64,000 nt of DNA from positions 2,112,001 through 2,176,000 of the forward strand of contig OZ244852.1 of assembly GCA_965220965.1 (NCBI GenBank), in the 5' to 3' direction. The stretch is from Candidatus Marinacidobacterium sp. Lineage in GTDB: Bacteria; Acidobacteriota; Vicinamibacteria; Marinacidobacterales; Marinacidobacteraceae. The notes under the pieces are model-generated. The model saw only the letters and a program-made list of their open reading frames with translations. It made no database searches and was not told where the DNA came from. Below are positions 36,024 through 46,595 of the stretch, one piece after another (the first letter of the stretch is position 1; the number at the start of each line of letters is the position of its first letter). The position numbers were made by a program, and so were the translations under genes.

Positions 36024-38230
36024 CAGCGGGGCTGCTGGCCGGACGCCCGCTCCGCCTGATCCACCGCTTCCAGCGCCTCCTGGACCTCGGGCTGATCGGG
36101 GTCGAGGGTCAGCGAACGCTGGAAGATCTCCCGGGCGCCGTCGAAGTCCGAGACCTGGTAGCGGGCGAGGCCGAGCAGGTTCAGACTCCGGGCGTCGGGG
36201 TTCACCAGAACGATGGCCCGACTCAGCAGCGTCTCCGCCTCGTCGTAACGGCCGAGGTGGAAGTAGGCCTCGCCCAGCGTCCGGATCAGGTCATAGCGGT
36301 CCTGGACCTCGGCGTAGACCGGCTCGAGGAGTTCGACAACGCGTTCCGCGTTCCCGCTCTCCATCTCGAGGCGGGCGAGCAGTTCGCGGGCGCGACCCAG
36401 GCGGGGCGCCTGGGCGACCGCCGCCTCCAGCGCGGGCCGGGCCTCTTCGGTCTTGTCGAGGTTCATCCACTGCTCGCCGAGCGCGAGGTTGGCGAACCCG
36501 GACCGGTCGGGATCGAACGGGAGCATGACCCCGCGGAACCCGGCCTCCTGGAGGCTCGCCCGGGGGGAGATGGTGAACTGGGCGTTCCGGGTGGAGAGGA
36601 CGCCCCCGGCGCGGTCCAGAAGCTCGGCCGAGAGTCCGTAGCGCCCGGCGCCGAGATCAGTCAGCGGGAAGTCCAGCGCCACAAGGCCGGAGTACTGGTC
36701 GGGCGAAGCCGGGAGCTGGGCCTCGTGCGCCAGTTCGCCGTCGCTCAGCGGCTCGCGGCTCACGATCCGGAAGCGCACCGAAGCTCCCTCGGGAGCGGAC
36801 ATCGGAGCGACGGCGGCGACGAAGTCGTCCCCGATCGTGTAGATCGCCTGCGGGTTGGGAACGACGCCGTCCGAAGCGAGGCGGAAGGGCCGATACCCCG
36901 GGCGGAGCGACTCGAAGCGGTGACCCAGCACGAGATCGCTGAGCCGGGAGCGCCCGTCGTTCGGGGGCGCGCTGACTGGGCTCTCGATGAGGGTGTAGCT
37001 CTTCGCGCAGTCCTCCTCGGAGCGCGAGCCGCAGGCGCGGTTGCGCAGCACGATCCGCGCGGTGTGCTCGCCCGGGATCAGCGGCAGCAGGCCGGACCAC
37101 GAGAAGGGCGCGTGGAGCGCCCCGCGCTGGTCGTCGTTCAGCGAGACGAAGTTCTCCTTGCGGAACTGGGTGACGACCTGGTCGGGGTCGTCGGCGAGAA
37201 CCAACTCGACGCTCGCGATGAACGAGGTGTCGAAGGTGCCGCGATCCTCGTTCCGGATGAAGGCGGTGTGCTGCGCCTCGACCTCGATGACCCAGTGGAG
37301 CCAGGAGGCCCCGTCCGGTCCGGGCAGCACCGCCACCGCCCCGTTGCCCGGCACCCAGGTGAACAGGTAGTCGGCCTCGATCGCGCCGCGCTCGAAGTCG
37401 AGGCGATCGGCGTAGCTGTCGTCGAGCCCGTGGAACGGGATGTCATGGATGTCCTGAAGGAGCGACAGGGTGCCGAAGGGCACCGCCTGGAACCGCGTGA
37501 TGTCCTGTTCGTCGGTGCGGAAGGACATCGCCGCGTTCGCGATCTCGGGGTCGAACTCGTAGAGGATCTCGTAGGCGCGCTCGACCTCGTCGCGGAAGTC
37601 CTGGCGCTCGGGCTGGTACCCGGTGAGGAGCGCCGGCGGCCCGTCGGCGATCGGGTCGAAGAGCTGGAGTTCCCCCACCCCGTGGCGGCGCCAGAAGAGC
37701 AGGTAGAAGAACGGCGGGACGCCGAACCGCTTGAGCTCGGAGTTGTTGTAGAACCAGAGCTCGGTCGGATAGATCTCGTCGCGAGCCTCGTAGTTCTGGA
37801 TCGAGCGCGGCTGGCCCAGGAGGATGTAGTAGCGCCCGCGGTCGGTCTCCCAGCCCTCGCGGAAGGTGTCCCGCCCGAACCACAGATTGGCGTAGTCGAT
37901 CCGGGCGTAGTGCTCGGTCCGGAACTCGTTCTCCGGCGTGGACGGGTTCGGGTCGCGCTTCCGCCAGAAGGCCTCCACGAAGTTGTCCCGCTCCTGCTCC
38001 GAGGTGAGCGACAGGAAGGCGCGCTTCTCGCGGTCGGTGATGATGTAGGGAACTTCCTCGGTGAACCAGATCCGGCGGGGCTCGGGGAGGGCGGCGATCA
38101 GCTCCTTCTCGCTGGGCTCGTCCTGCGCCGCGCCGGCGGCTCCGGGCAGCAGGAAGGCCGCCAGGAGGAGCAGCCCGGGCCAGCGCAGGAGGTTGTCGCG
38201 GAATCTCTTCATCGGGTCCACCGGGTTCAT
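36023..38230 (-). CDS. GWxTD domain protein with C-terminal TPRs
   Basis: YIITDRE..AF, FWRKRDP..TPENEF, GWETDRGRYYILLG; signal peptide after 38230/38212. Confidence 0.9.
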   Translation of the reverse strand: MNPVDPMKRFRDNLLRWPGLLLLAAFLLPGAAGAAQDEPSEKELIAALPEPRRIWFTEEVPYIITDREKRAFLSLTSEQERDNFVEAFWRKRDPNPSTPENEFRTEHYARIDYANLWFGRDTFREGWETDRGRYYILLGQPRSIQNYEARDEIYPTELWFYNNSELKRFGVPPFFYLLFWRRHGVGELQLFDPIADGPPALLTGYQPERQDFRDEVERAYEILYEFDPEIANAAMSFRTDEQDITRFQAVPFGTLSLLQDIHDIPFHGLDDSYADRLDFERGAIEADYLFTWVPGNGAVAVLPGPDGASWLHWVIEVEAQHTAFIRNEDRGTFDTSFIASVELVLADDPDQVVTQFRKENFVSLNDDQRGALHAPFSWSGLLPLIPGEHTARIVLRNRACGSRSEEDCAKSYTLIESPVSAPPNDGRSRLSDLVLGHRFESLRPGYRPFRLASDGVVPNPQAIYTIGDDFVAAVAPMSAPEGASVRFRIVSREPLSDGELAHEAQLPASPDQYSGLVALDFPLTDLGAGRYGLSAELLDRAGGVLSTRNAQFTISPRASLQEAGFRGVMLPFDPDRSGFANLALGEQWMNLDKTEEARPALEAAVAQAPRLGRARELLARLEMESGNAERVVELLEPVYAEVQDRYDLIRTLGEAYFHLGRYDEAETLLSRAIVLVNPDARSLNLLGLARYQVSDFDGAREIFQRSLTLDPDQPEVQEALEAVDQAERASGQQPR

Positions 38231-38304
38231 GGTAGTGGCGGCTTCGTCGCGGCGCAAAACGGACAGGCGCTGGCGCCCGAGGAAACGAATGCGATACTCG
38301 GAGG

Positions 38305-39834
38305 ATGCCTCCGGTCGCGTCGGCCGCGCGCCGCTTCGCCGTCGCCGTCCTGAGTCTTCTCGTCGCCGCCGGAGCGGCGGGTGGGCAGGCGGGCGCGGAA
38401 CTCGAAGCCGCGCGCCGGCTCGTCGACGCCGGGCGGATCGCGGAGGCGATCCCCCACATCGAACGGGCGATGGCGGAGGACCCGGAGAATCCCGCCCCGC
38501 TGTGGATGCTGGCGGTCGCGCACCTGCGGCTCGGCGACGCGGACCGGGCGGCTCTGCTGGCTGGGGATTTCTCGCGGAGGATGCCGGACAGCGCGAGCGG
38601 CCCGCTGCTCGAGGCGGGGGCGTTCCGGGCCCTCGGCCGGTTCTCCGAAGCGGAGACCGCGCTTCGCGAGGCGCTGGCGCGGGACCCGGGCCATCCGGAG
38701 GCGCGGCGTGATCTCGCGGTTCTGCTGGCGCAGCGGGGGGAGACCGAAGAGGCGGTGGCCCGCCTCGAAGCGCTCGCCGCCGAGTTCCCCGGGCGGGCCG
38801 AGGCGCTGGCGCCCCTCGGCGTCCTCTACGTGCAGATGGACCGGGGCGCCGAGGGGCTCGCCGCGCTGACCGCGGCGGCGCAGGCGGACCCGGGCTCCTT
38901 CGAGGCGCAGCATCACCTCGGCGCGCTCTGGTCGGAACTGGGTCAGTACGAGGCGGCCGGACGACGGCTCGACGCCGCGCTGGCGCTGCGCCCCGGCGAT
39001 CCGGGGGCGCTGCTCGAGCTTTGCCTCCTTCGCTCGCGCGAAGAGCGGCTCGAGGAGGCGCGGCGGGCGTGCGAGGAGGCGGCGGCCGCCGCCCCGGACC
39101 ATCCCGAGGCCCAGTTCGCGAAGGGGGATGTCCTCCATTACCTCGCGGAAGAAGAGGGAGCAGAGGGGGCCTACCGGGACGCGATCGCGCTCGATCCGGA
39201 CCATGACCGGGCCCGTTTCCGGCTGGGACAGCTCCTCCATGAGGCGGGACGGAGCGCCGAGGCGGTTGAAGTGCTCGTGCCGGCGGTGGATCGCGCCGCA
39301 ACCGACGCCGACCCGGCGCAGCGGGCGGGAGCGCTCGCCACGCTGGGCCGGGCGCTCGCCGAAAGCGGCGATCCGGCGGGCGGCATCGCCCGGCTGGAGG
39401 CCGCCACCGAGGCCTCCCCGACGACTCCCGAGCCGCACCTCCATCTGGGCAACCTGCTCGCCCGGAGCGGCGACCCGGACGCCGCCGCGCGCGGCCGGAG
39501 CCATCTGGCGAAGTTCGCCGAACTGAAGCGGTTCTCTGACCGCGCGAACGAGCTCCGCGCGGCGGTGAACGCGTCGCCGGGCGCCAGAGAGCCCAAGCGG
39601 GCGCTGATCGCCCACCTGATCGAGGGGGGAGCGCTCGAAGAAGCCCTCGCCGAATCCGGCCGGCTGCTCACCCTCGCCAGCGCCGAGCCGCTCCACCACG
39701 AGCTGCACGCCGAAGCGCTGGCGGCGCTCGGCCAGCGGGACGAAGCGCGCCGGGTGCTCGATCAGGCGCTGGCCGCGTGGCCGGACAACACCGATCTCCA
39801 GGAGTCGGCCCGGCGGCTCGCCTCCCGCCCGTGA
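38305..39834 (+). CDS. Tetratricopeptide repeat protein
   Basis: Signal peptide and many TPR-like repeats. Confidence 0.85.
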   Translation: MPPVASAARRFAVAVLSLLVAAGAAGGQAGAELEAARRLVDAGRIAEAIPHIERAMAEDPENPAPLWMLAVAHLRLGDADRAALLAGDFSRRMPDSASGPLLEAGAFRALGRFSEAETALREALARDPGHPEARRDLAVLLAQRGETEEAVARLEALAAEFPGRAEALAPLGVLYVQMDRGAEGLAALTAAAQADPGSFEAQHHLGALWSELGQYEAAGRRLDAALALRPGDPGALLELCLLRSREERLEEARRACEEAAAAAPDHPEAQFAKGDVLHYLAEEEGAEGAYRDAIALDPDHDRARFRLGQLLHEAGRSAEAVEVLVPAVDRAATDADPAQRAGALATLGRALAESGDPAGGIARLEAATEASPTTPEPHLHLGNLLARSGDPDAAARGRSHLAKFAELKRFSDRANELRAAVNASPGAREPKRALIAHLIEGGALEEALAESGRLLTLASAEPLHHELHAEALAALGQRDEARRVLDQALAAWPDNTDLQESARRLASRP

Positions 39835-41501
39835 GCCGGCGCCTCGCCGGGATCCTCGCCTCCGCGCTCGTTCTTTCGGCGCCGGCGACCGGCGCGCAGA
39901 TCCTCCTCGAGGAGGTGACGGAGGGAAGCGGCCTCGACTACCAAAACGTCAGCGGAGAACCCGAGAAACAGTTCATCGTCTCGTCGCTCGGCGCCGGCGT
40001 CGCCCTGCTCGACTACGACCAGGACGGCGACCTCGACCTCTACTTCGCGAACGGGGCGCCGCTCGTGGACCGGACGCCCGGTCCGGGACATCCGAACCGG
40101 CTCTATCGGAACGAAGGGGAGTTCCGGTTTACCGACCAGACCACGGCCGCCGGGGTCGGGGACGCCGGGTGGGGTTACGGCGTCGCGGTGGCGGACATCG
40201 ACAATGACGGCTTCCCCGACCTGTATGTCGCGAACCTGGGGCCGAACGCGCTCTACCGCAACCGGGGGGACGGGACGTTCGAACGGGTTCCGGACGCGGG
40301 AGGGGCGGATCACCCCGGGTTCTCGGCGTCCGCCGCCTTCTTCGACGCCGACGGCGACGGCGACTCCGATCTGATCGTCCTCGGCTACACCGCCGACGAA
40401 ATCGCCGACCTGCCCCCTCCCGGCGCCGGGGCCAGTTGCGTGTGGTTCGGTCTCCCGGTGTTCTGCGGCCCCTCGGGACTCATCCCGGCGCCGGACGTCT
40501 TCTTCCGCAACCGGGGAGACGGGACCTTCGAGGACGCCACCGCGGCCGCCGGGCTGGACGACGCGGCGCCGGCCTACGGGCTCGGGGTGGTCACCGGCGA
40601 CCTCGATGGGGACGGAGACCTCGACATCTACGTGGCGAACGACTCCGTCCCGAACCACCTGTGGCGCAACGATGGCTCGGGCTTCTTTCTCGAAGAGGGC
40701 CTGCTGGCGGGCGTCGCCTACAACGTGGATGGACTGGCCCAGGCGGGCATGGGGGTGGACGCCGGAGACTTCGACGCCGACGGACAGCTCGACCTGTTCG
40801 TCACGAACTTCTCCCACGACACGAACACCGCCTACCGGAACTCGGGCGGCGGGTTCTACGAGGACTCGACGACCCGGAACGAGTTGCGGATGCCGGGCTG
40901 GTTCTACCTGGGTTGGGGAACCCGCTTCACCGACCTGGACTCGGACGGCCGGCTGGACCTCTTCGTGGCGAACGGGCATGTCTATCCGACGGCGGAGGAG
41001 GCCGGGAGCGGCACGTGGTACGCGATGCGGAACCAGGTGTTCCGCAACGTGGGCGGCGGCGCCTTCGAGGAGAGCCCCTGGGAGGGTCCGGTCCGGTCGA
41101 GCCGCGGCCTTGGCGCCGGGGACCTCGACGGCGACGGGCGGCCGGACCTCGTCGTCACGAACGTGGACGACGCGGCCGCGCTCTTCGCCAACCGGAGCGT
41201 GGACCGAAGCGTCTCGCTCCGCCTCGTCGGAACGACCGCGGTGCGCGACGGCGACGGGGTCCGGGTGCGCTTCGTCTCGTCGGACGGCGCCGGCCAGTTG
41301 CGGGAAGCCCACCGCAGCGGGAGCTTCCTGTCTTCTTCGGATCCCCGGGTCCACCTGGGAGCCGGAGGAGAGGCTGCGGTGCGCGAGGTCGAGGTCCGGT
41401 GGCCCGGAGGCGAGGTGGAGGCGCTCGGCGACCTGACGGTCGAGGGCGGAGTCGTAGTGGTCCGTCAGGGGGCGGGTGTCGTGGCCCGGCGCCCGGAGTA
41501 G
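39831..41501 (+). CDS. CRTAC1 family protein
   Basis: DYDQDGDLD repeats, QAGMG, SSRGL, SGSFLSSSD; GTG start overlaps the TPR stop. Confidence 0.9.
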   Translation: MSRRLAGILASALVLSAPATGAQILLEEVTEGSGLDYQNVSGEPEKQFIVSSLGAGVALLDYDQDGDLDLYFANGAPLVDRTPGPGHPNRLYRNEGEFRFTDQTTAAGVGDAGWGYGVAVADIDNDGFPDLYVANLGPNALYRNRGDGTFERVPDAGGADHPGFSASAAFFDADGDGDSDLIVLGYTADEIADLPPPGAGASCVWFGLPVFCGPSGLIPAPDVFFRNRGDGTFEDATAAAGLDDAAPAYGLGVVTGDLDGDGDLDIYVANDSVPNHLWRNDGSGFFLEEGLLAGVAYNVDGLAQAGMGVDAGDFDADGQLDLFVTNFSHDTNTAYRNSGGGFYEDSTTRNELRMPGWFYLGWGTRFTDLDSDGRLDLFVANGHVYPTAEEAGSGTWYAMRNQVFRNVGGGAFEESPWEGPVRSSRGLGAGDLDGDGRPDLVVTNVDDAAALFANRSVDRSVSLRLVGTTAVRDGDGVRVRFVSSDGAGQLREAHRSGSFLSSSDPRVHLGAGGEAAVREVEVRWPGGEVEALGDLTVEGGVVVVRQGAGVVARRPE

Positions 41502-41514
41502 GTCCGCTCCCCCC

Positions 41515-42318
41515 TCACCGGCCCGGCTTCAGCCAGGCCCGCCAGCGGATCCTTGGCGAGCCCCGGAGGCGGCGAAGCCGAAGAAGGTTCCGGTGCCCGG
41601 CGACAACGGATCCGGGACGAAAGTACTGACTCCCGCCGGCGCGTCGCTCCCGGTGACTGACCTCGACCTCGGCGAACCGGACACCCTGCGCTCCCAGCCC
41701 GGCGAGGAACTCCACGACCGCGGTCCCGTCGTCGAAGCTGGTCGGCGCCAGCTCGAGCAGTTCCCGTCGGAACAGCCGGAAGTCGCAGTCCCAGTCGCGA
41801 AGCGGAAGGATCCCGAAGGTCTCCGCGACCACCCGGTGGAACCCGGGACCGAGCACCCGCCGGAGCCCGGGGTCGGCCCGCTCCCGGCGGTAGCCGTTCA
41901 CCAGCGCGACTTCGGGGCCGGCGGCGCCGAGCAGGCGCGTCACTTCCGCCGGATCGAACTGGCCGTCGCCGTCGGTGTAGGCCACGAGCGGCATGCCCGC
42001 CGCCGCGAACAGGTCCCGCAGCGTCGCCCCGTAGCCCCGGTTCTCCGGATGGCGGAGAAGCCGGAGTTCGGGCGTCTCGGCGGCGAGCGCAGCGAGGACG
42101 GCGGCCGTCCCGTCGGTGCTCCCGTCGTCGAGGACCAGGATCTCGAACGGGCGGCCGGAAGCGAGGAGCGCCTCCCGCCCGCGCCGCACGACCCACCCGA
42201 TCGATCCGGCGTCCTGGTACGCCGGAAAGCAGAAACTGACTCCGCGGAGGTCCGGCGCCTCCGCGTCGGCGGCGCCGGCGCCGACGGACGGACCCTGTTC
42301 GCTCACCGGACCCCGCAC
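41515..42318 (-). CDS. Glycosyltransferase family 2
   Basis: PAYQD, DDGSTD, NRGYG, TDGDGQFDP, DWDCDFRL. Confidence 0.9.
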   Translation of the reverse strand: MRGPVSEQGPSVGAGAADAEAPDLRGVSFCFPAYQDAGSIGWVVRRGREALLASGRPFEILVLDDGSTDGTAAVLAALAAETPELRLLRHPENRGYGATLRDLFAAAGMPLVAYTDGDGQFDPAEVTRLLGAAGPEVALVNGYRRERADPGLRRVLGPGFHRVVAETFGILPLRDWDCDFRLFRRELLELAPTSFDDGTAVVEFLAGLGAQGVRFAEVEVSHRERRAGGSQYFRPGSVVAGHRNLLRLRRLRGSPRIRWRAWLKPGR

Positions 42319-42374
42319 ATGCCGTTGTCGGCGAAGATTCGGGGGGCCGGCGCCCCGCCGGACGCCCGATCTGC

Positions 42375-43112
42375 ATGGAACGCCTCGTTCTCGACCGCTT
42401 CGCCTCGCCCTGGCTGCGCAACCAGCACCTGGCGCGCTACCGCTGGGCGGCCGGAATGGCGGAAGGCCGACGCGTTCTCGACCTCGCCTGCGGCTCCGGG
42501 TACGGCTCGGCGCTGCTGCTCGCCGGCGGCGCGCGCAGCGTCGTATCGGCGGACCTCTCCGAGGAGGCCTTCCGGGACGCCTCCCGTCAGGCTGGCCGGT
42601 CGCCGGGGACGGCGGCGCTCCGGGGCGTCCGCGCGAGCGCGGCGGAGCTCCCGTTCCGGGACGGGAGCTTCGACCTCTATGTCTCCTTCGAGACGATCGA
42701 GCACGTCGCGGCCGACGGCGACGTGATCCGGGAGGCGCGCCGGGTGCTGGCGCCCGGGGGCGTGCTCCTGTGCTCCACCCCGGAGCGCGAGGTCATCAGC
42801 CCGGGCCGGACGCTCCAGGATCGACCGGACAACCCGTATCACGAGCGGGAGTACGCCCTCGCCGAGTTCGACGCCCTGCTCCGACCCGAATTCCTCGAGA
42901 TCGAGTGGTACGGCCAGACGGTCTGCTCCACCTCGTGGAAGCGGGTGCTGGAGGTTCTGGGCCGCGCGTCTCCCTTCCTCTCTCGCAAGGCGCATCAGGC
43001 GCGCAACATCGCGCACCTGCCGGTCGAGGGAGAGCGCCGCCACGCTCCCTACGCCCTCGCCGGCGCCCGGGGCTGGCCGGAAGTGCTCATCGCGCGCTGC
43101 GGACCGGTCTGA
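42375..43112 (+). CDS. Class I SAM-dependent methyltransferase
   Basis: HLARY, VLDLACGSGYG, SFETIEH, NPYH.REY. Confidence 0.9.
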   Translation: MERLVLDRFASPWLRNQHLARYRWAAGMAEGRRVLDLACGSGYGSALLLAGGARSVVSADLSEEAFRDASRQAGRSPGTAALRGVRASAAELPFRDGSFDLYVSFETIEHVAADGDVIREARRVLAPGGVLLCSTPEREVISPGRTLQDRPDNPYHEREYALAEFDALLRPEFLEIEWYGQTVCSTSWKRVLEVLGRASPFLSRKAHQARNIAHLPVEGERRHAPYALAGARGWPEVLIARCGPV

Positions 43113-43130
43113 CCCGGCGCACGGCCCGCG

Positions 43131-43844
43131 TTACCGCGAGACGACCGTCGCTTCCTCGATGAGGATCGGGGTGGCCGGCACATCGTTGTGGCCGGCGCGG
43201 GCGACCACCGGCGAGGCCTCGATCCGGTCGATCGCCTCCATCCCGGAGACGACCTTGCCGAACACCGCGTAGCCCCAGCCCCTCGGGCTCGGGGAGGTGT
43301 GGTCCAGCATCGGGTTGTCCCGGGTGTTCACGAAGAACTGGGAACTGGCGCTGTGGGGATCCATCGTCCGCGCCATGGAGAGCGTGCCGCGGAGATTCCG
43401 GAGGCCGTTCTGCGCCTCGTTCGGGATCGGTTCGCGGGTGTCCTTCTCGTCCATCTCCGCGGTGAAGCCGCCGCCCTGGATCACGAAGCCCCGGACGACC
43501 CGGTGGAAGATCGTGCCGTCGTAGAAGCCGTCGTCCACGTACTGCAGGAAGTTCTGCACCGTCTCGGGCGCGTCCTCGGGGTAGAGCTCGATCCGGAGGT
43601 CTCCCTCCGAAGTCCGCATCAGGACCACCGGGAGGCCCGGGGTCACGAGGTCCGCCTCCCGGGTTCCCCCGTCTTCCGGCGCATCGGCTTCGAGCTCCAT
43701 GGCGCTCTCGTCCGGAGGCGCTTCCTCATCGGAAGCCGCGCCGGACTCGCCGGAATCGGCGCCGCAGCCCGAGAGGGCCGCCGCCAGGAAGAAACCGGCG
43801 AGGGTCGCCGGCAGGCGAAATCGGATGGGGCGGAGAACAGGCAA
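43131..43844 (-). CDS. Cyclophilin-type peptidylprolyl isomerase (lipoprotein)
   Basis: FYDGTIFHRVV.GFVIQGGG, MART, SQFFVN, YAVFGKV; start estimated. Confidence 0.9.
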   Translation of the reverse strand: MPVLRPIRFRLPATLAGFFLAAALSGCGADSGESGAASDEEAPPDESAMELEADAPEDGGTREADLVTPGLPVVLMRTSEGDLRIELYPEDAPETVQNFLQYVDDGFYDGTIFHRVVRGFVIQGGGFTAEMDEKDTREPIPNEAQNGLRNLRGTLSMARTMDPHSASSQFFVNTRDNPMLDHTSPSPRGWGYAVFGKVVSGMEAIDRIEASPVVARAGHNDVPATPILIEEATVVSR

Positions 43845-43944
43845 GACGGAAGTCCTCGGAGAGCCTGCGCCAACGGCGTCGGAGCAGGAGCATGGGGCCG
43901 GGCGGGCGCGCGGGCTGGGAGCGACATGACGCCGTGGAACACCG

Positions 43945-44472
43945 CTACCCCTCGAGCGCAAGCAGCCAGCGCTTGGCGTCGAGCCCGCCGCCATACCCGG
44001 TCAGGGCCTCGGAAGAACCCACGACCCGGTGGCAGGGGATGACGAGCGGCAGGGGATTCGTGGCGTTCGCCGCGCCCACGGCGCGGACCGCCTTCGGGTT
44101 GCCGATGGCGCGGGCGATGTCGGCATAGGTGGCGCGGCCGCCGTAGGGGACCCGCGAGACCTCCCCGAGAACGGACTGCTGGAAGTCGGTCCCGGTGCGA
44201 TGCACCGGAAAGGTGAAGTCCCGGCGCTCGCCCTCGAGGTACTGCCGGAGCTCGAGGGCGAAGCGGGCGTGCTCGCCGGAGCCGGCGGGAACGCTGCGCT
44301 CCACGTTCCGGTCCTTCCAGGCCTGGGAGGCCGCGCTGCGGCGCTCGTCGCAGAACAGGATCGCCGCCAGCCTCCGCCCGCCATCCGGAGCGGCCACGCT
44401 CAGGAGCTCGAGTCGCCCGATTTCGGCGATGCCAGTGTGCAGGTAGGAGGAGTGGCAGTCGAGCTTGGGCAT
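43945..44472 (-). CDS. ogt: Methylated-DNA--protein-cysteine methyltransferase
   Basis: GTDFQ, RAVGAA, IPCHRV, LTGYGGG. Confidence 0.9.
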   Translation of the reverse strand: MPKLDCHSSYLHTGIAEIGRLELLSVAAPDGGRRLAAILFCDERRSAASQAWKDRNVERSVPAGSGEHARFALELRQYLEGERRDFTFPVHRTGTDFQQSVLGEVSRVPYGGRATYADIARAIGNPKAVRAVGAANATNPLPLVIPCHRVVGSSEALTGYGGGLDAKRWLLALEG

Positions 44473-44531
44473 CGCGGGATTCTAGTGGCCGACAGGACCG
44501 ATTTCCCCCGCGGGTACGCTTCCCCGCCGTC

Positions 44532-45203
44532 GTGCCGCCCCCCGTCTCCGCCGTCCTGTTCGACTGGGACGGGACCCTCGCGGACAGCTTCGCCGCGACC
44601 CACCACGCCTCCATGGCGGTGTTCCGTCATTTCGGGATCGCCATGGACGAAATCCGCTACCGGGACACCTACCGCCCGGACTGGCACGAGACCTACCGGC
44701 AGCTCGGCATCCCCGAGGAGCGCTGGGACGAGGCGGGCCGCATCTGGCGCGGCCGCTACCTCGAGCGCAGCGCCGATGTGGCGCTCTTTCCGGGCGCGGC
44801 CGAGGCGCTCGACGCGCTCGCGTCGGCGGGCGTGGCGGTGGGAGTCGTCACGAGCGCCGATCGGGTCCGGTTTCTCGCCGACCTGGACCGGCTCGGACTG
44901 GCGACGCGCTTCGCGGCGCTCGTGGCGTTCGAGGATGTCGTCGCCCGCAAGCCGGACCCGGAAGGCCTTTTCCTCGCGCTCCGGCAACTGGAGGTCGGCC
45001 CGGCCGAGGTCTTCTATGTGGGCGACCGGCACGAGGACATCGAGATGGGTCGCCGGGCGGGGACGAGGACCGCGGCGGTGGTGAGCGCCTTCAGCGAGGA
45101 GGCCCGGCTGCGGGCGGCGGAACCGGACCTGCTGCTGACATCGCTTAGGGACCTGCCGCGGCTGGTGGGCGCGTCGGAGCCGCGGAAAGTCGCCGTTTCC
45201 TGA
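44532..45203 (+). CDS. HAD family hydrolase
   Basis: FDWDGTL, KPDP, YVGD. Confidence 0.9.
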   Translation: MPPPVSAVLFDWDGTLADSFAATHHASMAVFRHFGIAMDEIRYRDTYRPDWHETYRQLGIPEERWDEAGRIWRGRYLERSADVALFPGAAEALDALASAGVAVGVVTSADRVRFLADLDRLGLATRFAALVAFEDVVARKPDPEGLFLALRQLEVGPAEVFYVGDRHEDIEMGRRAGTRTAAVVSAFSEEARLRAAEPDLLLTSLRDLPRLVGASEPRKVAVS

Positions 45204-45216
45204 GCCCCGCGGCGCG

Positions 45217-46566
45217 GTGACGCCCCAGCCCGGACCCGCCCGGCTTCGCTACCCCGCGAGCTCCGTCCTCTATCGCGATCTCGAGCGGACCTACGAGCTC
45301 GCCGAACGCGCCGAGGGGGTCTGGATCGAGGGCGCCGACGGCCGACGCTGGCTCGACGCCTGCGGCGGCGCCCTCACCGTCAGCCTCGGGCACGGGCGGG
45401 CCGAGCTGACGCGGGCGGCCACCCGCCAGATCGAGGCGGTCGCCTATGTCCACGGGGCGCAGTTCACGACGAAGGCGATGGAGGAAGCGGCCGCCTCGCT
45501 CGTCGCCGCGCTCCCCGCCGGCTACCAGGGGTCGAAGGTCTACCTGACCCCCGGCGGGGCGGAGGCCGTGGAGACGGCGATCAAGCTGGCGCGGGCCTAC
45601 GCGCTGGCGAAGGGCCGGCCGGAGCGGAACCGGGTCGTCTCCCAGCGGCCGGGCTACCACGGGAACACGCTGGGCGCGCTGTCGGTCTCGGGACGCGACG
45701 CGCTCCGCGCGCCGTACCTGCCGATGCTCACTGAAGCGCCGCTGGTCGCAGCGCCCTGGTGCCCGAGGTGCCCGCTGGGACTGGTCTTTCCGGAGTGCGG
45801 CGTCGCCTGCGCCGAGGACGTGGAGCGGGTGCTGGCCGTTGACGAGTCGGTCGCCGCCGTGTTGGTGGAACCGGTGCTGGGGGCGTCCGCGGGGGGATTC
45901 GCGCCGCCGGAGGACTACCTGCGGCGGATTCGCCGCGCGGCATCGGACCAGGAGGCGCTGCTGATCGCCGACGAGGTCCTCACCGGGTGCGGGAGAACCG
46001 GCCGGTTCCTCGCCTCGGAACACGCCGGCGTCGAAGCGGACATCGTGGTTCTGGGTAAAGGGCTGACGTCCGGGGTCCTTCCCGGCGGCGCGGTCGTCGC
46101 GAAACCCTGGATCGTGGAGGCGGTGGCGCCCGACTTCCGTCACGGGTTCACGTTCTCCCACCACGCGGTGGTGGCGGCGGTCGTCCGGGAAGTGCTGCGG
46201 GTGATCCGCCGGGAGAAGCTGGTGGCGCGGGCCGCCGATCTCGAGAAAGACCTCCACGCCGCGGCGGCGCCGCTGGCCGGGTGGTCGGCCGTCGAGGGGG
46301 TCTGGGCGCGGGGGCTGCTGGCCGGGATCGCCTTCCGGCCGCTCGGCGCGGGGGGCGTGTCGGCGCGGGCATTCGCCGGCGCGGCCTGGGAAGCGGGACT
46401 CCTCGTCTACCCGGTGGCGGGCCCGCCGGCGCGCGCCGGGGACACACAGGAGCGGCAAGGCGACCTGGCCCTGCTGGCGCCGCCGCTCACCGCGACCCGC
46501 GCCGAGCTGGAGGAGATTGGCCGCCGCCTGCTGACGGCCATGGAGTCCGCATCCCGCGCCCGATAA
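45217..46566 (+). CDS. Class III aminotransferase
   Basis: GAEAVETAIKLAR, YHGNT, LIADEVLTGCGRTG, GKGLTSG, HGFTF. Confidence 0.9.
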   Translation: MTPQPGPARLRYPASSVLYRDLERTYELAERAEGVWIEGADGRRWLDACGGALTVSLGHGRAELTRAATRQIEAVAYVHGAQFTTKAMEEAAASLVAALPAGYQGSKVYLTPGGAEAVETAIKLARAYALAKGRPERNRVVSQRPGYHGNTLGALSVSGRDALRAPYLPMLTEAPLVAAPWCPRCPLGLVFPECGVACAEDVERVLAVDESVAAVLVEPVLGASAGGFAPPEDYLRRIRRAASDQEALLIADEVLTGCGRTGRFLASEHAGVEADIVVLGKGLTSGVLPGGAVVAKPWIVEAVAPDFRHGFTFSHHAVVAAVVREVLRVIRREKLVARAADLEKDLHAAAAPLAGWSAVEGVWARGLLAGIAFRPLGAGGVSARAFAGAAWEAGLLVYPVAGPPARAGDTQERQGDLALLAPPLTATRAELEEIGRRLLTAMESASRAR

Positions 46567-46595
46567 TGGGGAGCGGCGACGGGATGGAGCGACGC

